Source of the DNA: a bacterium
GTDB taxonomy: Bacteria; JACRDZ01; JAQUKH01
Direction: 5' to 3'
DNA: 24,999 bases
Assembly (NCBI GenBank): GCA_028719205.1
Contig: JAQUKH010000008.1
Coordinates: 62,001-86,999 of the forward strand
Below the pieces are notes generated by a model, which was not told the origin of the DNA, did not search any database, and saw nothing but the letters and a program-made list of their open reading frames with translations. Position 1 is the first letter of the stretch. Each line of letters starts with the position of its first letter. The position numbers and the translations under genes were made by a program. Of the stretch, positions 8,822 to 15,772 are shown one piece after another.

Positions 8822-9406
8822 TTAGTCAACGGGTTTTTCTTCTGTTTTATATTTCAGGGTTTCTTCTATTTTAGATTTAACGAATTCTTTAGGAGCCGCA
8901 CCGGTGATCCTGCCTACTTCTTTCCCTTTTTTAAAAAAAAGATAAGTAGGAATACCTGTAATATTATACAATCTTATTAAATATTGATCCTCATCAGCAT
9001 TAATTTTATAGACAACTATTTTTTTCGCGTATTCAATTTTTAATTCTTCGATAATCGGGTCCATTGCCTGGCACGGGGGGGCACTCGCTGCAAAGAAATC
9101 AACTAAAACGGGAAGCTCGGATTGAATTACATTCTGGTCGAATTTATTATCGTTTCTTGCTATATAATCAGATATTATTCTATTTGATCTATATACGGGA
9201 TAAAAATATATGCCTGCTATTATTATTGCTATGGCTATTACTATAAAAAAAATAAAACCGCTTTTTGATTTAGGTTTTTCTAATTCATTTTTTCTAAAAT
9301 ATGGTACAAATACATTATCCTTATTTTTCTTTTTTAAAATTTCCTGGCACATACTGCAATACAAAGCATCATCCGGATTTTGATAATCACATTTTGGACA
9401 TCTCAT
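8822..9406 (-). CDS. Membrane-anchored thioredoxin-fold protein with N-terminal zinc ribbon and atypical APPC active site
   Basis: Start at 9406 (GGGAG RBS); CPKC..CSMC, TM helix, then PVLVDFFAASAPPCQAMDP..YNITGIPTYLFFKKG. Confidence 0.8.
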   Translation of the reverse strand: MRCPKCDYQNPDDALYCSMCQEILKKKNKDNVFVPYFRKNELEKPKSKSGFIFFIVIAIAIIIAGIYFYPVYRSNRIISDYIARNDNKFDQNVIQSELPVLVDFFAASAPPCQAMDPIIEELKIEYAKKIVVYKINADEDQYLIRLYNITGIPTYLFFKKGKEVGRITGAAPKEFVKSKIEETLKYKTEEKPVD

Positions 9407-9480
9407 TTTTTTCTCCCTGAGCAAAATGCTATTTTATATGGAAACTTTTTTGGATATTATTAATTTCGGAATAATTATCC

Positions 9481-10164
9481 TTATGTTTTAACTCTATTTC
9501 TTTTAATGATCAATAGTTTATTCCCGCCGATCTGGAATTCATAATTGACTTTTCTTATTTCAATGCTGTTTTTTTTAAAATCAGTTAAAACGTTGCTGAC
9601 ATATGAAGACCTGTTCGCGTTCATATCAAGCAAGGGAAATATCCGGACTTCCCCGGAAACCCTAAGCATCTCAGTTATCGCTTTTTTGTGGAATTCATAG
9701 GTCAGTTTATCCGTATATAAAAACAAAAAATGAGAACTTAAAGAAATATCAAATTCATCATCGTTGAACGGCAGGTCAGGCAAAGAAGCCGGAACATATC
9801 TTCTATTCTTCTTTCCCTCATCGTATGAATTTAAAAATATTTTCATAGCCTTCATTCGTATCTTATCTAATTCTTCGATCGACCTGATTTCAGACCAGAC
9901 AAATTTCTCTTTATTTTTTTCAGTCTGCTCCAAAACATCCGCCCGCGTTTCTTCTATCCGCTCTTCAATTTCTTCTCTGGATAATTTATATATCGGATCT
10001 ATAGATACGACTCTGCCACCCTTCCGGGTATATTCTTCATTAAAACTTGAAGGCCCGTCACCACAGCCTAAAATGCTTGCTCTATTATCTTTCAGATCAA
10101 ACATCCTTCTGTATTCATCATAATTCCTGCCCCAGGGAACAATATTTTTATAATTTAATGCCAT
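9481..10164 (-). CDS. Class I SAM-dependent methyltransferase-like protein
   Basis: Motif I-like ILGCGDGPSSF, VVSIDP, LPDLPFNDDEFDISLSSHFLF, EMLRV. Confidence 0.75.
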   Translation of the reverse strand: MALNYKNIVPWGRNYDEYRRMFDLKDNRASILGCGDGPSSFNEEYTRKGGRVVSIDPIYKLSREEIEERIEETRADVLEQTEKNKEKFVWSEIRSIEELDKIRMKAMKIFLNSYDEGKKNRRYVPASLPDLPFNDDEFDISLSSHFLFLYTDKLTYEFHKKAITEMLRVSGEVRIFPLLDMNANRSSYVSNVLTDFKKNSIEIRKVNYEFQIGGNKLLIIKRNRVKT

Positions 10165-10193
10165 AGTATTTCTAAATACAAAAATCTTAATTA

Positions 10194-10442
10194 TTAAATC
10201 TTTTTATATATATTTTTTCCCCATTTAATCTTGTCCCAAATCCTCTCATGGAAAAAATAGCCGATTGTCGTATAAATATTACTTATTATCATAAATCCAA
10301 ACGCGATATTAACTTTTCCGGTAATTAAATATACAGTCGTAAAATCCAAAGTTAAAATAAAAACCCTGTAAGTTACCGTCTTTACAATTGACCTTAAAAG
10401 AGTTTCTTCCAAATGATGCGATTGAATTGAAAGTTTTTCCAT
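10194..10442 (-). CDS. DUF2061-like small membrane protein
   Basis: RSIVKTVTYRV..GYFFHERIWDKIKWG pattern with hydrophobic segments. Confidence 0.75.
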   Translation of the reverse strand: MEKLSIQSHHLEETLLRSIVKTVTYRVFILTLDFTTVYLITGKVNIAFGFMIISNIYTTIGYFFHERIWDKIKWGKNIYKKI

Positions 10443-10682
10443 ATTTGTCCTTTGTAAGAAATTTTATCTTATGTTATTTTTTTTAATTTTATCATATTTT
10501 GAATAATTTTCCGGATATTATTGAAAATTAGCACATTTAGAAATGTCCCATATCGGAATTATTTTTATTTAGGGAATAAAAATGATTCGTATTAAATAAT
10601 GGGAGAATTGGGAGATGAGGATAGTACCAGGAATACAATGTTCCAGATACAAATACTTCCCGGATACCAGATAATCATCAGG

Positions 10683-11246
10683 CTATTGCTTCCTGGACGT
10701 ATTGGTTTCAACCCATGCCGCAAATGCACGTAGATATTTAGCTGCGAAATCCCTGATTGAATCATTAGCGAGATTACCGCTCTCATCGAAGAGTTTGGCG
10801 GCATTTCCAATGTAAGCCTCAGGCTGCTGCATAGTGGGAATATTAAGAAACACCAGCGATTGACGCAAGTGGTGGTTTGCACCAAATCCACCTATGGCAC
10901 CAGGCGAGACACTCATTACGGCGCCCGGTTTTCCATCCCATACGCTCTTTCCATAGGGACGGGAACCCACATCGATCGCGTTCTTGAGCACACCGGGAAC
11001 TGATCGATTGTACTCGGGCGTGACAAACAAGACACCGTCAAATTTCATTAAGCTTTCCCTGAATTCGATCCATGCAGCCGGCGGATTATCGTCGAGATCT
11101 TGATTATAGAGCGAAAGTGCGCCGATCTCAATGACTTCAAGCTTCAGTGATTCAGGTGCAAGTGCTACAAGCGCCTTTGCCATTTTCCGGTTGAAGGATT
11201 CCCTGCGAAGACTTCCTACCAAAACAGCAATCTTTTTTTGTGTCAT
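10683..11246 (-). CDS. NAD(P)H-dependent FMN reductase (ChrR/SsuE-like flavodoxin fold)
   Basis: VGSLRRESFNRK, FVTPEYNRSVPGVLKNAIDVGSRPYG, SPGAIGGFGANHHLRQSL. Confidence 0.92.
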   Translation of the reverse strand: MTQKKIAVLVGSLRRESFNRKMAKALVALAPESLKLEVIEIGALSLYNQDLDDNPPAAWIEFRESLMKFDGVLFVTPEYNRSVPGVLKNAIDVGSRPYGKSVWDGKPGAVMSVSPGAIGGFGANHHLRQSLVFLNIPTMQQPEAYIGNAAKLFDESGNLANDSIRDFAAKYLRAFAAWVETNTSRKQ

Positions 11247-11572
11247 AGCTTTTCTCCCATTGATATCATCTAATTTTCTATTTTAAACATGCTTCATGTA
11301 TATCGCATTTTCTCAGGACAACCCAACTAAATTTAGTATATACCTTTAATATTTATTTGTCCAAGAAATAAAGTATAAAAAAATAAACAAATAATAAAAC
11401 TTTTATTATTTTGATAACGACAAATTCAATCGGAAGCGGGCTACGGTCCTTCCTCTGGATTGCTCGTGTTAAAATTTTTATTTATTTTATATCTTTTCCG
11501 AGTGAATTTTAATACTATATTTGGCTGTGGTACAATAAATGGAGGTAGGCCAATATTCCCAAATATTTAAGT

Positions 11573-11914
11573 TTAAAAAGCAAAATATTTTATGTTTACA
11601 TCTTTTAATAATTCTTTTACCTTTTCGACATTTTCTTTTTTGACCATAAGTCTTGCAGGTTGGATCATATTATAAAGAGTAACATTAAAAGTACTTTCGC
11701 CCTGAAAATAATAAATTATATTCTTGGAATCAAGTAATGATTTAATGAATGCAATATCAGCATGATTAGATGTTGAAAGAACATGTTCAAATTGAATGTT
11801 TTTAGAATTTACAGAATATATTTCTTCAGGCAAAACATTAACCAAAGCTATATTACATTCATCACATTGTGTTATGCCATCTATATATTCTTGTCTGCAT
11901 TTTGGACAAAACAT
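11573..11914 (-). CDS. DUF2007-like protein with N-terminal zinc ribbon
   Basis: MFCPKCRQEY..CDECNIAL, then DIAFIKSLLDSKNI.YYFQGE..ARLMV. Confidence 0.7.
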   Translation of the reverse strand: MFCPKCRQEYIDGITQCDECNIALVNVLPEEIYSVNSKNIQFEHVLSTSNHADIAFIKSLLDSKNIIYYFQGESTFNVTLYNMIQPARLMVKKENVEKVKELLKDVNIKYFAF

Positions 11915-11943
11915 TTTTGTTTATCTTTTTAACGCCAAAAAAA

Positions 11944-12375
11944 TCAATCGATCTTATACCCGCAATCATAACATTCTTTATCTATAACACATATTTTCCC
12001 GCCGCATTTGGGGCATCTCCATTTATCTTCCTGCTCCTTAAGCCATTGTTTCGCGCCGATCTCTTTTATCCGCAGTAAATTATCAATTATACTCAATTTA
12101 TCATCGCGAAGATGCCGTTGATCGAGCTTTTTAAGGTTGGCACAGGGAAAATCTTTACATTCAAAACAAAACTCTATTTGTTTTTTCCTTATTAACGCGC
12201 AATCTTTTTTAACCCAGGAACATTTTTTATCCTGTGTCCGGCAGCCCGCGCATCCGTGTTTCAGATTTTTTTCTTTTAATAATCCCTTTGTTCTCGCTAG
12301 ATAGTGTCTACAGGTACCGCAATAGAATCCGCAGGGGCCTGCTAAGTTTATTTCGGATATTTTATGATGACTCAT
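11944..12375 (-). CDS. DUF3795-like Cys-rich protein
   Basis: GPCGFYCGTC..CAGCR..C..C..FCFECKDFPC..NLLRIKEIG, C-terminal CPKCGG..C..CYDC. Confidence 0.78.
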   Translation of the reverse strand: MSHHKISEINLAGPCGFYCGTCRHYLARTKGLLKEKNLKHGCAGCRTQDKKCSWVKKDCALIRKKQIEFCFECKDFPCANLKKLDQRHLRDDKLSIIDNLLRIKEIGAKQWLKEQEDKWRCPKCGGKICVIDKECYDCGYKID

Positions 12376-12397
12376 TATTTTTCATATAAAGTGTTTT

Positions 12398-12580
12398 TTA
12401 TTTATGAAAATCCTTTACAGGGTCGGAGGAATCAAGATGTGATTTCATTTTGGAGCGTTCCTCTGCGGCTATCTTTTCCTGTATCGTCAGCAGAAATTTC
12501 ATTGCCTCTACCTTATCGTCATCTATTATTATCTGTTCCATAGCCAAAAGGTCTTTGTCCTCCAGTTTAATGATCTTCAT
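12398..12580 (-). CDS. Small hypothetical protein (60 aa)
   Basis: Strong RBS GGGAGGTGA; fills the gap between co-oriented neighbours. Confidence 0.7.
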   Translation of the reverse strand: MKIIKLEDKDLLAMEQIIIDDDKVEAMKFLLTIQEKIAAEERSKMKSHLDSSDPVKDFHK

Positions 12581-12592
12581 ATTTCACCTCCC

Positions 12593-12615
12593 AGTATAAT
12601 AATAATTATTATACT
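12593..12615. promoter_or_regulatory. Perfect 11-1-11 inverted repeat, candidate operator or internal promoter
   Basis: AGTATAATAAT-A-ATTATTATACT next to the RBS of the 60-aa gene; contains TATAAT on both strands. Confidence 0.45.
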
Positions 12616-12633
12616 TGATTACACAGATTAATT

Positions 12634-12873
12634 TTAGCTACATTTACATCCTTTGCCGCAGCTTCCGCTGTCGAGATCCATACTTGTTATAAATTCATTC
12701 ATCTGGCCTGACGCGCCTTTTTTTACCGCCTGGCCTACTTTTACCGCCTCTTTGATCTCTTCTTTGGTCGCTCCTGCTTCACGCGCTTTATTATCATGGT
12801 ATTGCAGGCATAACTGGCAATTCGCCGTAATTGACGCACCTACTGCTATTAATTCTTTTGTTTTATTGTCCAT
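12634..12873 (-). CDS. Carboxymuconolactone decarboxylase/AhpD-like protein
   Basis: KELIAVGASITANCQLCLQYH..A.EAGATKEEIKEAV with CxxC; Cys-rich tail CGKGCKC. Confidence 0.85.
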   Translation of the reverse strand: MDNKTKELIAVGASITANCQLCLQYHDNKAREAGATKEEIKEAVKVGQAVKKGASGQMNEFITSMDLDSGSCGKGCKCS

Positions 12874-12886
12874 TTTCTTTCTCCCT

Positions 12887-13219
12887 TTAACAACATTTGT
12901 TTTTTGATTTCTCGCAACAGCTTTTTGCTTTTGTATCCTCAGTATTTGGGCCGCAGCAGGGGCCTGTTCCTCCTAATGCTCCAATCATAATCCCGGCCGC
13001 GCAGCCAACTCCTGACCTGACCGTTACTGCCTTTTGATCGCAATTCATTTCACACGCGCCGCATTCCATACACGCGTCTTTATCAATTATTTTCGCCTTT
13101 CTGTTTTTTATTTCAAAAACATTATGCGGGCAAACAATCGCGCACATACCGCATCCGTTGCATTTGTCAGCGTTCAATTCTAATGTAACTACATTTTTAA
13201 GATATGTTTGTCCTTTCAT
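12887..13219 (-). CDS. hgcB: Mercury methylation ferredoxin HgcB
   Basis: YLKNVVTL N-terminus, CNGCGMCAIVCP and CMECGACEMNC, GVGCA, C-terminal CC pairs; directly downstream of hgcA. ATG at 13219 preferred over TTG at 13243. Confidence 0.93.
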   Translation of the reverse strand: MKGQTYLKNVVTLELNADKCNGCGMCAIVCPHNVFEIKNRKAKIIDKDACMECGACEMNCDQKAVTVRSGVGCAAGIMIGALGGTGPCCGPNTEDTKAKSCCEKSKNKCC

Positions 13220-13232
13220 AATAATATTCCTA

Positions 13233-13281
13233 AACTCCCCCAACCCCCTCTTTAATTAAAGAGGGGGACAAAGGGGGCGTT
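13233..13281. repeat. GC-rich palindrome in the hgcA-hgcB spacer
   Basis: Perfect 24-nt palindrome CCCCCTCTTTAATTAAAGAGGGGG (13244-13267) with outer arms AACTCCCCC / GGGGGCGTT. Confidence 0.8.
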
Positions 13282-13289
13282 ATTTTCTT

Positions 13290-14315
13290 TTACACAAACC
13301 TCAAAACCACCCACATTCCCATACCCATTATAACCCCTGCTATTTGAAGCGGCAACGCGAATTTCATTTCCTTTTTTACACCTGAAAGCGACGTATAAGT
13401 CGACGCGCCGGTAAAATTCATGGTTAAAAATGAAGACACGCTGACATATAGTAAAAACCACGCGATCATTTCAAATACAATATTTCCCGCTAATCCAAAA
13501 TAATAAGAAATAATAAAAATTATTATCCCCGCGTAAAATCCTTTTACAGAAAAACTTTTTCCGGGCAGCCATGGTAAAAGTAACGGGCCGATCACCGCGC
13601 CGGCAAAAAAGGCCAATAACAAATTAAACATTCCATAAAATCCTTTATTAAAAATTAAACCGGGAGAATAACCATTTTTATTCAGGCCGGATAATATAAA
13701 TATAAACGCGATCGCGTAAAAAAGATAGTTTATACCCAAAACGACCTCTGCGGGAACAAGTACTAACCTGTCATACAGAGAAAATTGAACCTGCCTCATT
13801 TCCGCTGTTGCCTTCATCCCGTTTTTAATAAAGGCCTTAATATCTGAAGCGCGAACAGGCCCATAAATAATTGAAAATCCGGAAAGATCTTTTACCTCAT
13901 GGGAAGACACCCCTGGCGCTCCAAGCTGAGGGACAATAAGTTTTCTGTGATTAACGATTTTATTAAGCCCGGTAATTTCTATCCGCTTGACAATTTCCGC
14001 TGTTCCGAACGTCCCCTTTCCCGCCGCGCACCAGACATTAATACCTTTCGTGTCAATAACAAGAATCCAGGCATCTATTCCCGTGAGATTACTTCTCAAA
14101 ACATCAAAACTCATTTTATAATTTGCTGAAACCAGTACAATAGAATCGGCTTTAGGATCCCCCACGGCATAAATCCCGGGTTCAACCTTATAATCCATCC
14201 GGCCAAAGGTAAGCCTTGACTTAATTGTGCCTATCCTGTCAGTATAATGAAGGGCCGTATATACTTCCGGAATTTTACCAGTACCTGTCTCAATCCATCT
14301 TTTAATAAAATCCAT
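13290..14315 (-). CDS. hgcA: Mercury methylation corrinoid protein HgcA
   Basis: Cap-helix motif GINVWCAAGKGTFGT, ANYKMSFD, PQLGAPGV, YGPVRA, multi-TM C-terminus ending MNFTGASTYTSLSGVKKEM. Confidence 0.97.
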   Translation of the reverse strand: MDFIKRWIETGTGKIPEVYTALHYTDRIGTIKSRLTFGRMDYKVEPGIYAVGDPKADSIVLVSANYKMSFDVLRSNLTGIDAWILVIDTKGINVWCAAGKGTFGTAEIVKRIEITGLNKIVNHRKLIVPQLGAPGVSSHEVKDLSGFSIIYGPVRASDIKAFIKNGMKATAEMRQVQFSLYDRLVLVPAEVVLGINYLFYAIAFIFILSGLNKNGYSPGLIFNKGFYGMFNLLLAFFAGAVIGPLLLPWLPGKSFSVKGFYAGIIIFIISYYFGLAGNIVFEMIAWFLLYVSVSSFLTMNFTGASTYTSLSGVKKEMKFALPLQIAGVIMGMGMWVVLRFV

Positions 14316-14355
14316 TTTTATCTCAAAATTATCTATTACTCTACTTTGACAAATT

Positions 14356-14430
14356 AAATTTCAAGATTTCTTTTTGCGTCTATAGTCCGCCTAGGCGGAC
14401 GGGTTTAAGCAAAAAGAGATTTTGAAATTT
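14356..14430. repeat. Palindromic element, copy 2 (short form), upstream of hgcA
   Basis: 22-bp outer stem, internal loop GTCTATA/GGGTTTAA, apical palindrome GTCCGCCTAGGCGGAC; inverted relative to copy 1. Confidence 0.85.
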
Positions 14431-14443
14431 TAAACCTTAGCTA

Positions 14444-14629
14444 TTATTTAACAAAGAACCATACTGCAGCCGCTATTAAAACAACTACAACAATAATGAT
14501 CCCTGATCTGCAACATGATGAACTTTCCTGCGAACATCCGCACCCGCAGCTTGAAGTTTGTTCCTTTTTACTTTCATTACCTGAACAGCAGCTTGAACCA
14601 TTATTTTCTTTTTTAATTTCGTTTTCCAT
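14444..14629 (-). CDS. Small Cys-rich protein with C-terminal TM helix (61 aa)
   Basis: AAGGAG RBS; SSCCS..SSCGCGCS..SSCCR followed by IIIVVVVLIAAAVWFFV. Confidence 0.75.
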   Translation of the reverse strand: MENEIKKENNGSSCCSGNESKKEQTSSCGCGCSQESSSCCRSGIIIVVVVLIAAAVWFFVK

Positions 14630-14643
14630 GTTCTCTCCTTAAG

Positions 14644-14937
14644 TTATTTTGTTTTAGAATTATTATTGATCATCCCTTCCATTAAAGGCCCCAGCATTCC
14701 TTTAACCATACCCGAAAACGCGTCGGCCTTGATCAAAGAAAGACAGCATACCTTGCCTTCCCTTTCAAAACTCACTAAAACGAGTTTGTCGCCTGTTTTA
14801 ATATCCGCCTTATTTCTTAATTCTTTCGGAAGTATCATTTGCCCACGTTCATCAACGCTTATCAATGACTCAACCTTGCAGGATACATCTTTCATCATTG
14901 GCGCGCAGCAATTCCCGCCTTTTTCTTTTTTTGCCAT
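14644..14937 (-). CDS. AbrB/MazE/SpoVT-family DNA-binding protein associated with hgcAB
   Basis: ATG at 14937 behind AAGGAGGT; SVDERGQMILPKELRNKADIKTGDKL AbrB signature; two CC pairs. Resembles proteins I recall annotated as HgcAB-associated (HgcC), not verified. Confidence 0.85.
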   Translation of the reverse strand: MAKKEKGGNCCAPMMKDVSCKVESLISVDERGQMILPKELRNKADIKTGDKLVLVSFEREGKVCCLSLIKADAFSGMVKGMLGPLMEGMINNNSKTK

Positions 14938-14976
14938 TTTTACCTCCTTCCACAATTTCCGCATTTATTGTATTTA

Positions 14977-15028
14977 CTGATTTATCTGATTACACTGATT
15001 ATTATACATTATTAGATTATTATGTCAA
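14977..15028 (-). promoter_or_regulatory. Consensus sigma70 promoter of the hgc cluster with 9-bp-period direct repeats
   Basis: TTGACA(15028-15023)-N16-TATAAT(15006-15001); AATCAG at 15000-14995, 14991-14986 and 14982-14977. Confidence 0.7.
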
Positions 15029-15096
15029 GTGTTTTTTAAAAAATAAGATTGAATAACTTTTGATGGGAATCAGAAAAACTTAAGAGGAAAAAGGAA

Positions 15097-15172
15097 TGGT
15101 CGGGGTGCCCGGATTTGAACCGGGGACCTCTCGGTCCCGAACCGAGCGCGCTACCAACTGCGCTACACCCCG
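15097..15172 (-). tRNA. tRNA-Pro(CGG)
   Basis: CGGGGTGTAGCGCAGTTGGTAGCGCGCTCGGTTCGGGACCGAGAGGTCCCCGGTTCAAATCCGGGCACCCCGACCA: 76 nt, cloverleaf, anticodon loop TT-CGG-GA, encoded CCA. Confidence 0.97.
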
Positions 15173-15189
15173 ACCTTAAAAAACGCTAC

Positions 15190-15218
15190 ATTTTATCAAA
15201 CAATTTACTGCTATTCAA
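15190..15218 (-). promoter_or_regulatory. Putative tRNA promoter
   Basis: TTGAAT-N17-TAAAAT with TGn extension, 17 nt upstream of the tRNA. Confidence 0.55.
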
Positions 15219-15238
15219 GCGAAACATTACCATTCTTA

Positions 15239-15772
15239 CTATTTCTTTTTAAACATTACCTCGTATAAACCGGCCCCAAATGTTCCTATTAAAGCCACTG
15301 AGGCAATAATAGCGCCTAACCATCCTAATTTTACCAATGTAAGCACTATTACACCCGCGATAAAAACACCCAGGCTTATCGCGATAAAAGCATACCAGAA
15401 CCTGATCCCGAAAAGAAATGCCGCTACGCAGCCGCTCCAGGCGCCGGTAAGAGGAAGCGGGATCGCGACAAATATCATAAGCCCCAGAGTCTCATATTTT
15501 TCTATGATATCACTCTTTCTCCGGGTGCGCTCAAAAAGCCAGGTAAAAAATTTGTTAAAAACCGGATACCGCATTAAAAATTTTGAGACAGGCTCTAACA
15601 ATAAAAGTGCCGGTGCAATTGGAATTATATTCCCGATAACAGATATAATAAAAGCCTCGATCCACGGCAATCTGTACACCTGTATTGCCATGGGTAATGA
15701 TAATCTTATTTCTCCGATCGGTAGCATGGATAAAATAATTGTCTTTATTTCAGGCGAAATTCCTTCAAGCAT
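15239..15772 (-). CDS. COG2426 / putative small multidrug export family membrane protein
   Basis: SMLPIGEIR..P, GNIIP, FVAIPLPLTGAWSG motifs, several TM segments. Confidence 0.85.
   Translation of the reverse strand: MLEGISPEIKTIILSMLPIGEIRLSLPMAIQVYRLPWIEAFIISVIGNIIPIAPALLLLEPVSKFLMRYPVFNKFFTWLFERTRRKSDIIEKYETLGLMIFVAIPLPLTGAWSGCVAAFLFGIRFWYAFIAISLGVFIAGVIVLTLVKLGWLGAIIASVALIGTFGAGLYEVMFKKK

Noticed and set aside
8822-12580. Run of small co-oriented genes as an integron cassette array
   Set aside because: The spacers share no recurring attC-like structure, and the whole window is co-oriented anyway.
14316-14393. Selenocysteine-containing N-terminal extension of HgcA via the in-frame TGA at 14363-14361
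   Set aside because: The TGA lies inside the palindromic element, follows Ser rather than Cys, and an in-frame TAG at 14393-14391 closes the frame with no start codon in between. hgcB and the CMD gene end in TAA.
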